Assembly: GCA_963783305.1 (NCBI GenBank)
Contig: CAWAMW010000011.1
Coordinates: 105,318 to 169,317, forward strand
DNA: 64,000 bases
Direction: 5' to 3'
DNA from: an uncultured Gemmatimonadales bacterium
GTDB lineage: Bacteria; Gemmatimonadota; Gemmatimonadetes; Longimicrobiales; RSA9
Of the stretch, positions 51,803 to 62,535 are shown piece after piece. The number at the start of each line of letters is the position of its first letter. Position 1 is the first letter of the stretch. The translations under genes and the position numbers were made by a program. Below the pieces are notes generated by a model that saw nothing but the letters and a program-made list of their open reading frames with translations, was not told the origin of the DNA and ran no database searches.

Positions 51803-52003
51803 ATGATTCAACAGAAAACGCACGTACAGAAGCACCTCCCCCCGTCTCTCAAGTGGACCTCGGTCAACTACGGTCTCATGGGAGCGGGGCTGCTGTCCCT
51901 GGTCGGGGGGTTCTTCCTGCTGGCGAACGCCTCGACCGTGGCCGCGCCCCTGCTGCTGGCCCTCGGATACGTGGTGCTGATCCCACTCGGGATCGTCCGG
52001 TAG
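51803..52003 (+). CDS. Small two-TM membrane protein (DUF3098-like)
   Basis: NYGLMGAGLL...APLLLALGYVVLIP. Confidence 0.6.
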   Translation: MIQQKTHVQKHLPPSLKWTSVNYGLMGAGLLSLVGGFFLLANASTVAAPLLLALGYVVLIPLGIVR

Positions 52004-52018
52004 ACACAACCCGGTTTC

Positions 52019-52093
52019 GGGCGCGTAGCTCAGCTGGTCCAGAGCGCCTGCTTTACACGCAGGATGTCGGGGGTTCGAATCCCTCCGCGCCCA
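52019..52093 (+). tRNA. tRNA-Val (TAC); CCA not encoded
   Basis: GGGCGCG/CGCGCCC acceptor stem, CCTGC-ttTACac-GCAGG, TTCGAAT. Confidence 0.96.
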
Positions 52094-52124
52094 CTTCTCC
52101 CTCCACCCTGACACTCAGGCGACC

Positions 52125-52517
52125 ATGCCGTTCAAGGTCCGGCTCATAGAGCAGGGGGCGGTCCTCCTCGTCCGCGCCGTGGGCGTAGCCGAACCCCGAG
52201 ACTGGTTCGACCTCGCCGACCGCGCACGCATGGATGGGCGTTCCCCTCGTGGTCTCATCATTGACCTGCGACGCAGGGAGACCCTGCCCTCGGCCGACCA
52301 GGCGCGCGAAACCGGCAGCGGGCTCGCCGGTGTGGCCGTGCACCGATTCGACGCCATCGCGCTCGTGGCTCGCCCCGGCGCCCAGTTCGGACTCGCCCGC
52401 ATGGTGGCCCTGTTGACGGAGCTCGAGGAGCTGTCCACAGCTGCGTTCCAGGAGCCGAAGCCGGCGCTGGAGTGGATCCGGCAGCGACTCGAGGAACGGG
52501 CGGTGGGCGGCTCCTGA
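52125..52517 (+). CDS. Hypothetical protein, STAS/SpoIIAA-like
   Basis: LIIDLR, IALVA...FGLARM, F.....ALEWI pattern. Confidence 0.55.
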   Translation: MPFKVRLIEQGAVLLVRAVGVAEPRDWFDLADRARMDGRSPRGLIIDLRRRETLPSADQARETGSGLAGVAVHRFDAIALVARPGAQFGLARMVALLTELEELSTAAFQEPKPALEWIRQRLEERAVGGS

Positions 52518-52679
52518 GGGGCTGAGCCATACCCCCTGCGGAGGGGACCACCCGTCACCCGGGGCAGGGGTCTCACCGACGCCCGGATGGGGGTTTTCCC
52601 CCCTTGTTGTGCGTCATGGCTCGTGCGAGGTTTCCCCCGTCGCAAGGAACGACTCGGACGGGCGGGGAAAAGGGAAATA

Positions 52680-53792
52680 ATGGCGACGAACGAGGCCAGG
52701 GCGTCGGGTGGAACCGGAATCGTGCTGCTGAACCTCGGCGGTCCGGAGACCGTCGAGGATGTCGGGCCGTTCCTCCTGGAGCTGTTCGCGGACCGCGAGA
52801 TCATCCAGCTCCCCTTCCAGGGTTTCCTCGGACCGTTCATCGCGAAGCGGCGGACGAAGGGGGTCCAGGAGCTGTACGAGGGGATCGGCGGCGGCTCTCC
52901 CATCCTGCACTGGACGCGACTTCAGGGTGAGGGGATGGTGGAGCGGCTGGATCGGCTGAGCCCGGATACGGCCCCTCACCGGTTCTACGTCGCGTTCCGC
53001 TACGTCCAGCCCACGAGCGAGGACGCGCTGCGGCAGATGAAGGCCGACGGGGTGGAGCGGGCGGTGGCGTTCACGCAGTACCAGCAGTTCTCCTGCGCGA
53101 CCACGGGCTCCAGCCTGAACGAGCTCTGGCGCGCCGCCGCTCGCGTCGGAATGGCGGAGGACTTCACCTGGAGCGTGATCGACCGCTGGCCCACCCACCC
53201 CGGCTTCATCCAGGCCATGGCCAAGAAGGTCCGGGAAGGGTTGGAGCAGTTCCCCGAAGAGGAGCGTGACGACGTCCTCCTCCTCTTCAGCGCGCATTCG
53301 CTGCCGCTCTCGGTGATCGAGCGCGGGGACCCGTACCCGCAGGAAGTGGGTGCGAGTGTTCACGAGGTCATGAAGGCCGGCGGCTTCGATAACCAGTTCA
53401 TCCTCTGCTATCAGTCAGAGGTGGGGCCCGTGCGCTGGCAGGGGGCCAGCACTGAGCAGGTGATCAAGGACCTGGGCGCCCGGGGCACGAAGAACGTGCT
53501 CGTGGTGGGGATCGCGTTCACCAGCGACCACATCGAGACCCTGAGCGAGATCGACATCGAGTACGCGGAGCTGGCGCACGAAGTGGGAATCGAGCGCTTC
53601 GAGCGGGCGCCGTCGCTGAATGGCGATGAGGACTTCCAGGACGCACTGGCCGATATCGTCCTGAGACACCTCCAGAGCGGCGAGGCGTGCAGTCGACAGT
53701 ACGGGCTGAGGTGCCCCGGCTGCGAGAACCCGCAGTGCCGGAACATCCTGAATCCCGTCGCACCCTACGACAGGACGCCGCTGAAGGCCTGA
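52680..53792 (+). CDS. hemH: Ferrochelatase, animal/myxobacterial [2Fe-2S] type
   Basis: LLNLGGP, GGGSPI, FSAHSLP, FTSDHIETL; SCATTGSS and C-terminal CPGCENPQC. Confidence 0.95.
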   Translation: MATNEARASGGTGIVLLNLGGPETVEDVGPFLLELFADREIIQLPFQGFLGPFIAKRRTKGVQELYEGIGGGSPILHWTRLQGEGMVERLDRLSPDTAPHRFYVAFRYVQPTSEDALRQMKADGVERAVAFTQYQQFSCATTGSSLNELWRAAARVGMAEDFTWSVIDRWPTHPGFIQAMAKKVREGLEQFPEEERDDVLLLFSAHSLPLSVIERGDPYPQEVGASVHEVMKAGGFDNQFILCYQSEVGPVRWQGASTEQVIKDLGARGTKNVLVVGIAFTSDHIETLSEIDIEYAELAHEVGIERFERAPSLNGDEDFQDALADIVLRHLQSGEACSRQYGLRCPGCENPQCRNILNPVAPYDRTPLKA

Positions 53793-53801
53793 GGAGAACC
53801 C

Positions 53802-54641
53802 GTGCAATCTACGCTCGCGATCCTGAACGGCTTTCTCCCACTGGGCTACCTGCTGGGTCTCGTGGCGTATCTCGGAGTGTTCGTGGAGCGCACGGGCCGG
53901 ATGGAGCGCGTGGCCACCCCGCTGGCGTGGGGGGTCGTGGTAATCCACGGCGCTTACCTGGTCCTCGGTGCCCTGGCGTTCGGCCATGTCCCCACCGCCA
54001 ACACGTGGGAGAGCCTGACGTTCATTGCGTTCTGTCTGGCGCTCGTCTACCTGGTGCTCGAGTGGCGCCAGGGGGAGCGTTCCACGGGGGTGTTCCTGCT
54101 TTCCGTCTCACTCCTGCTCCAGACGCTGTCCAGCGCCTTCATCAGCCACACCCGTGATGTGCCGGACATCCTGCGCTCGCCCATGTTCGGCGTGCACGTG
54201 ACGGCTGCCCTCATGGGCTATGTCGCGCTCGCCGTCTCGGCCGTCTACGGCGTCATGTACCTGATCCAGTACCGGCAGCTCAAGAAGCAGAAGGTGGGAT
54301 TGCTCTTCCAGCGACTGCCGAACCTCGAAACGTTGTCGCGGCTGAACATCGGCGCCCTCGCGTTCGGATGGCTCGGACTCACGGTGGCGATCCTGGCCGG
54401 AGCGACGTGGGCCACCACGCTGGAGGTGCAGGGGCGGATCGAGGGGAATTTCCTGACCGACCCCAAGTTCCTCCTGACCGTGGCTCTATGGCTGCTCTAC
54501 GGGATCTGCCTCGGCGGACGCTACGTGTTCCGGTGGGCGAACCGCACGCTCGCTACCGCATCGATCCTGGGGTTCGCTCTCATGCTCACGTCCTCGCTGA
54601 TGGTCGCGCTCGCCCTGCGCACCTTCCACGACTTCAGTTAG
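53802..54641 (+). CDS. CcsA/HemX-family cytochrome c assembly membrane protein
   Basis: About eight TM helices, HV..AL.GY, LPNLETL, DPK; upstream of hemA. Confidence 0.85.
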   Translation: MQSTLAILNGFLPLGYLLGLVAYLGVFVERTGRMERVATPLAWGVVVIHGAYLVLGALAFGHVPTANTWESLTFIAFCLALVYLVLEWRQGERSTGVFLLSVSLLLQTLSSAFISHTRDVPDILRSPMFGVHVTAALMGYVALAVSAVYGVMYLIQYRQLKKQKVGLLFQRLPNLETLSRLNIGALAFGWLGLTVAILAGATWATTLEVQGRIEGNFLTDPKFLLTVALWLLYGICLGGRYVFRWANRTLATASILGFALMLTSSLMVALALRTFHDFS

Positions 54642-54645
54642 CGTC

Positions 54646-55938
54646 ATGGAGCTAATCGTCCTCGGGTCCAGTCACCACACGGCGCCGGCCGACATCCGGG
54701 ACCGCGTTCAGATGACCGCGGGCGAGGTGGAGGTGTTCTGCGGTCGGCTGAGGAAGGAGCGGGACCAGATCCTGGAGCTGGGCGTCCTCTCGACCTGCAA
54801 CCGCACGGAGATCTATTCGCTGGTCTCCAGCCAGGAGACCGCCGACCCGCTGATTCGCCGCGCCATCGAGGAGCTGAAGGGCGTTCCCCACATGGGGAAC
54901 GGGAAGTACACGTACCTGCTCCAGGGCCGCGACATGGTCCGGCACCTTTTCCGGGTGGCGTCGGGCGTCGATTCGCTGATGGTGGGCGAGCCCCACATCC
55001 TCGGCCAGGTCCGCGATGCCTTCAAGCTCGCCGATCACACGCGCGCCACCGGCGCGATCCTCACGCGGCTCTTCAATTCGGCGCTGCACGTGGGCAAGAG
55101 GGCGCGGACGGAGACGGAGATCGGCGCCGGAACCGTGAGCGTGGCGTACGCCGCGGTGGAGATGGCGCTGAAGGTCTTCGACGGGCTTGAGAAGCACACG
55201 GTGGCGGTGATCGGCGCGGGAGAGACGGGAGAGCTCGTCGCCACGCACATGGCCGCGCAGAACGCCAGGCGGATCCTGGTGCTCAACCGCACCATGGAGC
55301 GAGCCGAGGCCGTCGCCGCGGCAGTAGGCGGGGAGGCGCGACCCCTCGAGTCGCTGGCCGACGTGATCGCCGAGGCCGACGTGGTGGTGACTGCCACAGG
55401 GTCGCCGGAGCCGCTGATCTGGAGCGACCAGCTGGAGTCCATCGCCCGGAAGCGGCGGGGACGGCCGCTGGTGGTCGTGGACATCTCCAACCCGCGGAAC
55501 GTGGACCCGGCGGTGGGGAAGATCGACAACGTCTTCCTCTACGACCTGGACGCGCTGGAGGAGATCGCCGACCAGAACCGGGCCCGGCGGGCGCGTGAGA
55601 TCCCGAGGGTCGAGGCGATCGTGGACGAAGAGGTGACCGCCTTCTTCGACTGGTACGACGCCCTGCACGTGGTCCCGGTGCTGAGGGCGCTACGGGACCA
55701 GTTTCACGACGTCGGGCGCGCGGAGGTGGAACGACAGAAAGGGCTCAGCCGGGAAGAGCGCGAGGCGCTCCAGGCGTACACGCGCGGGCTGATCAACAAG
55801 CTCCTCCACGAACCGACCACCCGGATCAAGGGCGTGGACGCGTTGACGGGCAGTGGCATGCGCAAGCTGGTCGCCATCCAGGAGCTGTTCGAGCTGGAGA
55901 TCGATCGCTACACCGATTCGAAAGAGGGCGGGGAATGA
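54646..55938 (+). CDS. hemA: Glutamyl-tRNA reductase
   Basis: STCNRTEIY, HLFRVASGVDS, GEPHILGQ, GAGE. Confidence 0.96.
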   Translation: MELIVLGSSHHTAPADIRDRVQMTAGEVEVFCGRLRKERDQILELGVLSTCNRTEIYSLVSSQETADPLIRRAIEELKGVPHMGNGKYTYLLQGRDMVRHLFRVASGVDSLMVGEPHILGQVRDAFKLADHTRATGAILTRLFNSALHVGKRARTETEIGAGTVSVAYAAVEMALKVFDGLEKHTVAVIGAGETGELVATHMAAQNARRILVLNRTMERAEAVAAAVGGEARPLESLADVIAEADVVVTATGSPEPLIWSDQLESIARKRRGRPLVVVDISNPRNVDPAVGKIDNVFLYDLDALEEIADQNRARRAREIPRVEAIVDEEVTAFFDWYDALHVVPVLRALRDQFHDVGRAEVERQKGLSREEREALQAYTRGLINKLLHEPTTRIKGVDALTGSGMRKLVAIQELFELEIDRYTDSKEGGE

Positions 55939-56882
55939 CGAGGACGAACGGGGAGGTCCGGATCGGCACGCGCAGCTCGGAGCTTGCGCGCTGGCAGGCG
56001 AACCACGTGGCCGGGCGGCTGCGGTCCCATCCGACGGGGCCCACGGTCGAGCTGGAGTACATCCAGACCGAGGGCGACAAGATCCTCGATGTGGCGCTGT
56101 CGCGGCTGCCGGGGAAGGCGTTCTTCACGAAGGAGCTGGAGCAGGCGATCCTCGATGGCCGCGTGGACCTCGCGGTTCACAGCATGAAGGACGTGGAGAC
56201 CGAGGTGCCCCAGGGCCTCACCCTCGGCGCCGTCCTCGAGCGGGAGGACCCCCGCGACGTGCTGATCGCCCGCGAGGGCCTCCGTCTGGAAACGCTCCCC
56301 GAGGGCGCCGTCGTGGGCACCAGCAGCCTGCGACGGTCGGCGTTTCTGCGCCGCTGGCGACCCGACCTCCGCATCAAGGACCTCCGGGGGAACGTGCCCA
56401 CCCGACTCGACAAGCTGGACTCGGGTGCCTACGACGCCATCGTGCTGGCCGCGGCCGGCGTCAAGAGACTCGGCCGCGACGACCGGATCACCGACTATTT
56501 CACCCCGGAGATCCTGCTCCCGGCCGTGTCGCAGGGGGCCATCACCGTGCAGTTCCGTTCTGGCGACGAGCGGGTGGGTGCCCTCGTGAGCACGCTCGAG
56601 CATCCGGCCACACGGGCCGCCACGACCGCGGAGCGCGCGCTCCTGCGCACCGTGGAAGGCGGGTGCCAGATCCCCGTGGGTGCCCATGCGACCATGGACA
56701 ACGGCACCCTCAGCCTCGACGCCGTCATCTGCTCTCTCGACGGCCGCGAGTCCGTGGCCGGTACGACTCGCGGTTCCGCAACGGACGCGGAGGCCCTCGG
56801 CGAGGCGCTCGCCCACGACCTCCTGGGCCGCGGCGGCGACTCGATCCTGGCCGCGATCCGCGCCGGCTCCGCGAACGGTTGA
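55935..56882 (+). CDS. hemC: Hydroxymethylbilane synthase
   Basis: IGTRSSELA, AVHSMKD, GTSSLRR, GGCQIP. Confidence 0.97.
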   Translation: MTRTNGEVRIGTRSSELARWQANHVAGRLRSHPTGPTVELEYIQTEGDKILDVALSRLPGKAFFTKELEQAILDGRVDLAVHSMKDVETEVPQGLTLGAVLEREDPRDVLIAREGLRLETLPEGAVVGTSSLRRSAFLRRWRPDLRIKDLRGNVPTRLDKLDSGAYDAIVLAAAGVKRLGRDDRITDYFTPEILLPAVSQGAITVQFRSGDERVGALVSTLEHPATRAATTAERALLRTVEGGCQIPVGAHATMDNGTLSLDAVICSLDGRESVAGTTRGSATDAEALGEALAHDLLGRGGDSILAAIRAGSANG

Positions 56883-57670
56883 TGGCCGGACCGGCGGCCG
56901 TCGTGGCGGGGGTGGTCGTGACCCGGGACGAGGAGCGGGACGGCCCGCTGACCGCACTGCTCCTCGATCGCGGCGTATCCGTCCACCACTGGCCCGTCGT
57001 CCGGACCGCGCCGCCGTCGGACCCGGCGCCGCTCCGGTCGGCCCTCGACCAGCTGGACGCCTTCGACTGGGTGGTCTTCACGAGCCCCAGGGCCGTGGCG
57101 GCGGTCGTGGATCAGGTGGCAGCACCCCTGGCAGCGCGGCCTCGCTGTGCCGCCGTGGGGGAGGCAACGGCGCGCGCGCTGGAGGAGGCCGGGTGGCCCG
57201 TCGAGCTGGTGCCGGAGACGCAGACCGGCCAGGCGCTGGTGCACGCGCTGCTGAGGGCGGGCCTGGGATCGGGATCCCGGGTGCTCTTCCCGGCGAGCCA
57301 GATTGCGCGGGACGCGGTCCCGGACGGGCTGGGCGAAGCGGGCGTGGTGGTGGCGCAGGTGGAGGCGTATCGGACGGAAGCGGCGGCGCCGGACCGGGAT
57401 GCGTGCCGCGCCGCGCTGGATCGTGGGGCGGTGGCGCTCGTGACGTTCACGAGCCCCTCGACGGTGGTGAACCTGGAGCGCGGGCTGGGGCGGGAGCTGT
57501 TCGAGCGGGTACGGACCCAACTGGCTGCGGTGGCGATCGGGCCCACCACGGGAGAGGCCGCCGAGCGGGCGGGCTTCGAGGTGTTTGTCGCGGAGCCTCA
57601 TTCATTGGAAGGACTGGCTGATCGGGTCGCCGAGGTGGCGTCCACAACGAGAAGAGGGAAGCATAGATGA
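56882..57670 (+). CDS. hemD: Uroporphyrinogen-III synthase
   Basis: VVTR, WVVFTS, AVGEATA, FTSPSTV, IGPTT. Confidence 0.92.
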   Translation: MAGPAAVVAGVVVTRDEERDGPLTALLLDRGVSVHHWPVVRTAPPSDPAPLRSALDQLDAFDWVVFTSPRAVAAVVDQVAAPLAARPRCAAVGEATARALEEAGWPVELVPETQTGQALVHALLRAGLGSGSRVLFPASQIARDAVPDGLGEAGVVVAQVEAYRTEAAAPDRDACRAALDRGAVALVTFTSPSTVVNLERGLGRELFERVRTQLAAVAIGPTTGEAAERAGFEVFVAEPHSLEGLADRVAEVASTTRRGKHR

Positions 57671-58671
57671 CATTTCCAATTCAACGGCTCCGGCGTCTGC
57701 GTCGGACCGAGACCTGGCGGAGGGCCGTGCGGGAGACCGTGCTGTCGGTCGACGACCTGGTGTATCCGCTTTTCGTGGTGAACGGTGAGGGTGTGCGGAA
57801 CCCGGTGTCCAGCATGCCGGGAGTCGAGCAGCTCTCGATCGACGAACTGGTGAAGGAGGCCGCGGAGGTCCGGGCGCTGGGAATCCCGTCGATCATCCTG
57901 TTCGGCGTCCCCGATGACGAGGAGAAGGACGCGACGGGCAGCGTCGGCTACGATCCCGAGGGCCTCACCGCCCGCGCGATTCGCGCCATCAAGGAGGCCG
58001 AGCCGGAGCTCCTCGTCTGGGCGGATGTCTGCCTCTGCGAGTACACCGACCACGGCCACTGCGGCGTCCTCAGCGACTCGGGCGAGGTCCGGAACGACGA
58101 GACCCTCACCCTCCTCGCACGCGCCGCCGTCACGTACGCCGACGCGGGCGCCGACGCCATCGCGCCCAGCGACATGATGGACGGCCGCGTGGCCGCCATC
58201 CGCGAGGCCCTCGACGACGCCGGCCACGAGATGATCCCGATCGTCTCCTACGCCGCCAAGTTTGCTTCCGCGTACTACGGCCCGTTCCGCGATGCGGCCC
58301 ATTCGGCCCCGAGCTTCGGCGACCGCCGCGGCTACCAGATGGACCCGGCCAATGGCGCCGAGGCCCTTCGCGAGGTCGAGCTGGACGTGCTGGAGGGCGC
58401 GGACGTGGTCATGGTCAAGCCGGCGGGTCCGTACCTGGACATCATCCAGCGGGTCAAGGAGACGTTCGCCATGCCCACCGCGGCGTACCAGGTGTCGGGT
58501 GAGTTCGCCCTGATCAAGGCCGCGGCCGAGCGCGGGTGGGTGGACGGCGACCGGGTCGCAATGGAGAGCCTGATCGCCATCAAGCGCGCGGGTGCCGACA
58601 TGATCCTGACATACTTCGCCAAGGACGTGGCGCGGGCGCTCGCCGGTTCGACCCCGGGGAGGACGGGATGA
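57667..58671 (+). CDS. hemB: Porphobilinogen synthase
   Basis: [33 protein letters not shown]. Confidence 0.97.
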   Translation: MTFPIQRLRRLRRTETWRRAVRETVLSVDDLVYPLFVVNGEGVRNPVSSMPGVEQLSIDELVKEAAEVRALGIPSIILFGVPDDEEKDATGSVGYDPEGLTARAIRAIKEAEPELLVWADVCLCEYTDHGHCGVLSDSGEVRNDETLTLLARAAVTYADAGADAIAPSDMMDGRVAAIREALDDAGHEMIPIVSYAAKFASAYYGPFRDAAHSAPSFGDRRGYQMDPANGAEALREVELDVLEGADVVMVKPAGPYLDIIQRVKETFAMPTAAYQVSGEFALIKAAAERGWVDGDRVAMESLIAIKRAGADMILTYFAKDVARALAGSTPGRTG

Positions 58672-59954
58672 GAGGGAGCGAAAAGCTCTTCGGAGAGGCG
58701 AAGAGGCTGATCCCCGGTGGCGTGAACAGCCCCGTTCGGGCGTTCGGGTCCGTGGGCGGCAGCCCCGTCTTCTTCGAGAGGGCCGAGGGCGCTCGGATGT
58801 GGGACGTGGACGGGGCCGAGTATATCGATTTCGTCGGGTCGTGGGGCCCCATGATCCTGGGGCACAACCAGCCGGAGGTGCGGCGGGCTCTGGAGAAGGC
58901 GCTGGCGGGCGGCACGTCCTTCGGCGCGCCGGCTCCCGGCGAGGTGGAGTTGGCGAGACTCGTGACGGAGATGGTGCCCTCGGTCGAGCTGGTCCGGCTC
59001 GTCAGCTCGGGGACCGAGGCGACGATGAGCGCGCTCCGGCTCGCCCGCGCCGCCACCGGGCGCGACGGGATGATCAAGTTCAGGGGTGGGTACCACGGCC
59101 ACTCCGATGCGTTCCTCGTGGAGGCGGGCTCCGGCGCGGCCACGCTGGGCGTGCCCTCCAGCCCGGGCGTCACCGACGGCGCCGCCCGGGATACACTGGT
59201 GGCGGAATACAACGACCTCGACTCCGTCCGGGCGTTGTTCGAGGACGATCCGCAGGGGATCGCGGCGGTGTTCGTGGAGCCGGTCGCCGGGAACATGGGG
59301 TGCGTGCCGCCGGAGCCGGGTTTCCTCGAGGGACTGCGCGGCCTGTGCGACGAGTTCGGCGCGCTGCTCGTGTTCGACGAAGTGATGACGGGGTTCCGGG
59401 TGGCCATGGGCGGCGCCCAGGAGCGCTTTGGCGTCAAGCCGGACCTGACCACCCTCGGGAAGGTGATCGGTGGCGGTCTCCCCGTGGGCGCCTTCGGGGG
59501 TCGTGAGGACCTCATGCGGCAAGTGGCGCCGGACGGCCCGGTGTACCAGGCGGGAACGCTCTCCGGCAACCCGCTGGCCGTGGCGGCCGGCGCGGCGACG
59601 CTCGAGCAGCTGCGCCAGAACCCCGGGATCTACGAGGAGCTGGAGCGCCTGGGGGCCCGCCTCGAGGCCGGGATGATGGACGTGCTCGAGAACGGAGGGT
59701 ACCCGCTCTCGTGGAACCGGGTCGGCGCCATGGCCACGCTGTTCTTCACACCCGAGCGGGTGACCGGGTGGAGCACCGCGGTCGGTCAGGACCGCGAGCG
59801 GTTCGGCGCGTACTTCCACGGCATGCTGGAGCGCGGGATCTACCTCCCGCCGAGCCCCTTCGAGGCGCTCTTCCTTTCCGCCGCCCTCACCGACGATGAC
59901 ATCGACCGGACCGTGAGCAGCGCGGCCGACGTACTGGAAAAGGTGTTCGCATGA
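58668..59954 (+). CDS. hemL: Glutamate-1-semialdehyde 2,1-aminomutase
   Basis: [32 protein letters not shown]. Confidence 0.97.
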   Translation: MRGSEKLFGEAKRLIPGGVNSPVRAFGSVGGSPVFFERAEGARMWDVDGAEYIDFVGSWGPMILGHNQPEVRRALEKALAGGTSFGAPAPGEVELARLVTEMVPSVELVRLVSSGTEATMSALRLARAATGRDGMIKFRGGYHGHSDAFLVEAGSGAATLGVPSSPGVTDGAARDTLVAEYNDLDSVRALFEDDPQGIAAVFVEPVAGNMGCVPPEPGFLEGLRGLCDEFGALLVFDEVMTGFRVAMGGAQERFGVKPDLTTLGKVIGGGLPVGAFGGREDLMRQVAPDGPVYQAGTLSGNPLAVAAGAATLEQLRQNPGIYEELERLGARLEAGMMDVLENGGYPLSWNRVGAMATLFFTPERVTGWSTAVGQDRERFGAYFHGMLERGIYLPPSPFEALFLSAALTDDDIDRTVSSAADVLEKVFA

Positions 59955-60979
59955 GCCAGACGCCTCCCTTCCTCGCCGCCTGCCGGGGTGAGCCCGTGCC
60001 GCACACGCCCATCTGGGTCATGCGACAGGCGGGCCGCTACCTCCCCGAGTATCGGGCGATCCGGGAAGAGGTCGATTTCCTCACCCTGACCAAGACGCCC
60101 GAGCTGGCCGCCGAGGTCACGCTCCAGCCCATCCGGCGCTTCGGCATGGACGCGGCCATCCTCTTCAGCGACATCATGACCCCGCTGGAGGGCATGGGGC
60201 TCGAGCTCGAGTTCGCACCCGGACCCGTCATCGCGAATCCCGCGCGCTCAGCCGCGGATGTGGATGCGCTCCGGGTCGCCGACCCGGATGAGACCGTGCC
60301 GTTCGTCATGGAGACGATCCGGATCCTCCGGCGCGAGCTCCCGGCCTCCGCTCCGCTGATCGGGTTCGCGGGCGCGCCGTTCACCACTTTCTGCTACGCG
60401 GTGGAGGGGAAGGGGTCGAAGACGTTCCGGGAGGCGAAGGCGTTCCTGTTCGGGGAGCCGGTCGCCGCCCATCGCCTGCTGGACAAGATCGCGGACACCA
60501 CCGTCCGTTATCTGGGCGCCCAGGCGGAGGCGGGGGCCCAGGCGCTCATGATCTTCGATTCGTGGGCCGGTATCCTCGCCCCGGACACGTACCGCGAGTT
60601 TGCGCTCCCAGCCGTGCAGCGGGTGGTCGCCGGACTGAAGGAGCACGGGGTGCCGCTGATCTATTTCCCGAACCAGGGCGCCACGCTCCTGACCGCGGCC
60701 CGCGAGGCCGACGTAGACGTCATGGGCGTCGACTGGCGCACCCCGCTCTCCGCCGCCCGCGCCGCACTGGGACCGGAGCTTACGCTCCAGGGTAATCTAG
60801 ACCCGGCGGCGCTCTTCGCGCCCCGCGCCGAGCTCGCCCGTCAGGTGGACCGCGTGCTCGAAGAGGCGGGGTCGGGACCCGGTCACATTTTCAACCTGGG
60901 GCACGGAATCGAGCGCACGACCGACCCGGACGCACTGGCCTTCCTGGTGGACTACGTGCACGACAAGACGGCGCGTTGA
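59951..60979 (+). CDS. hemE: Uroporphyrinogen decarboxylase
   Basis: [27 protein letters not shown]. Confidence 0.97.
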   Translation: MSQTPPFLAACRGEPVPHTPIWVMRQAGRYLPEYRAIREEVDFLTLTKTPELAAEVTLQPIRRFGMDAAILFSDIMTPLEGMGLELEFAPGPVIANPARSAADVDALRVADPDETVPFVMETIRILRRELPASAPLIGFAGAPFTTFCYAVEGKGSKTFREAKAFLFGEPVAAHRLLDKIADTTVRYLGAQAEAGAQALMIFDSWAGILAPDTYREFALPAVQRVVAGLKEHGVPLIYFPNQGATLLTAAREADVDVMGVDWRTPLSAARAALGPELTLQGNLDPAALFAPRAELARQVDRVLEEAGSGPGHIFNLGHGIERTTDPDALAFLVDYVHDKTAR

Positions 60980-61007
60980 AGAGCCCGGATCAGCAGAGGT
61001 AGAACAC

Positions 61008-62432
61008 ATGAGCGACCACAGAGTAGACATCGATACCGTCCGGCGCTTCGATCGCCCCGGCCCGCGATACACCTCCTATCCCACGGCGGTGGAGTTCACC
61101 GGGGAGATCGGCGAGGCCGAGTACCTGGAGAAGCTCGCGCGGTCGAACGCGGAGGGGGACGCTCCGCTGAGCCTGTACGCGCACCTGCCGTTCTGCGAGC
61201 ATCGCTGCCTCTTCTGTGGCTGCCACGTGGTGATCACGCCCCACATGCCCGTGGCCGAGAAGTACCTGTCCTATCTGAAGAAGGAGATCGACCTGCTCGC
61301 CGAGCGGCTGCCCGACCGCCGCACACTCGTACAGATGCACTGGGGTGGCGGAACGCCCACCTACTACGCCCCTGCGCAGCTCCGGGAGCTGTTCGAGCAC
61401 GTGCGGAAGTACTTCGACTTCGCCGACGGGGCGGAGATCGCGCTGGAGGTCGACCCGCGGGTCACCACGCGCGACCACCTGGAGACCCTCTCGGAGCTGG
61501 GATTCAACCGCCTGAGCATGGGCGTCCAGGACCTCACGCAGGAAGTGCAGGTCGCCATCGATCGGAACCAGAGCTATGACCAGACCGCGGATCTGATCCG
61601 CACCGCCCGTGAGCTCGGCTTCACCGAGGGGATCAACGTCGACCTCATCTACGGGCTGCCCAAGCAGCGGCCGGAGACGTTCGCGACCAACCTCGACAAG
61701 ATCATCGAGCTGCGGCCCGATCGCGTCGCGGCCTACTCGTTCGCCTACGTCCCCTGGATCCGCGGGCACCAGAAGAAGCTGAACCAGGACGAGCTGCCCT
61801 CACCCGAGGTGAAGCTGGAGCTCTACATGATGGCCATGGACCGGTTCCTGGCCGCCGGGTACGAGCCCATCGGCATGGACCATTTCGCCCTGCCCGAGGA
61901 CGAGCTCAGCGTGGCCGCAAGCGAGGGCCGGCTCTACCGCAACTTCATGGGCTACACCGTAATGCCCGCCTCCGACATGGTGGGGATCGGCATCTCCGGG
62001 ATCGGCGAGGTCCAGCACGCATTTTTCGCCAACGAAAAGAAGCTGTCGCGCTACTACGAGGAGATCGACGCTGGACGGCTCCCGGTGCAGCGCGGCTACC
62101 TGCTCAACCGCGACGACGTGATCCGTCAGTACGTGATCCAGCAGATCATGTGCAATTTCCGGGTCTCGAAGTCGGACGTGAGGGAGCGGTTCGATATCGA
62201 CTTCGACGACTACTTCGCCGACTCCCTCCAGCGGCTCGAGGCGGTCCGCGAGGCCGGCTTCGTCGTGGAGACGCCCGACGAGCTGCGCGTCACGACTCAG
62301 GGGCGGCTGTTCGTCCGCAACGTCTGCATGGAGTTCGACCGATACATGGCCGACAAGCAGCAGCCCGCGGAGGCCGACGACTCCGAGGACGCCGGGAAGA
62401 AGGGCACGCCCGTGTTCTCGCGCACCGTGTAG
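61008..62432 (+). CDS. hemN: Oxygen-independent coproporphyrinogen III oxidase
   Basis: GPRYTSYPTA, CEHRCLFC, GGGTP, RNFMGY. Confidence 0.96.
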   Translation: MSDHRVDIDTVRRFDRPGPRYTSYPTAVEFTGEIGEAEYLEKLARSNAEGDAPLSLYAHLPFCEHRCLFCGCHVVITPHMPVAEKYLSYLKKEIDLLAERLPDRRTLVQMHWGGGTPTYYAPAQLRELFEHVRKYFDFADGAEIALEVDPRVTTRDHLETLSELGFNRLSMGVQDLTQEVQVAIDRNQSYDQTADLIRTARELGFTEGINVDLIYGLPKQRPETFATNLDKIIELRPDRVAAYSFAYVPWIRGHQKKLNQDELPSPEVKLELYMMAMDRFLAAGYEPIGMDHFALPEDELSVAASEGRLYRNFMGYTVMPASDMVGIGISGIGEVQHAFFANEKKLSRYYEEIDAGRLPVQRGYLLNRDDVIRQYVIQQIMCNFRVSKSDVRERFDIDFDDYFADSLQRLEAVREAGFVVETPDELRVTTQGRLFVRNVCMEFDRYMADKQQPAEADDSEDAGKKGTPVFSRTV

Positions 62433-62441
62433 CGAGGCGGT

Positions 62442-62524
62442 TCACAGATCACAGATCACAGATCACAGATCACAGATCACAGGTAACAGGCTGCGGGTCA
62501 CGGTTTCGGGTGACGGGTCACAGG
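62442..62524 (+). repeat. Intergenic heptamer tandem repeat: (TCACAGA)5 plus degenerate units
   Basis: Five exact copies at 62442-62476, then TCACAGG, TAACAGG and further decayed units. Confidence 0.95.
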
Positions 62525-62535
62525 GCGGTGGACGG

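Noticed and set aside
52590..52640. Rex box upstream of the heme operon
   Set aside because: Only a partial TTGTG half-site, with no palindrome
62442..62524. CRISPR array
   Set aside because: 7-bp tandem units with no spacers, and no cas genes in the window
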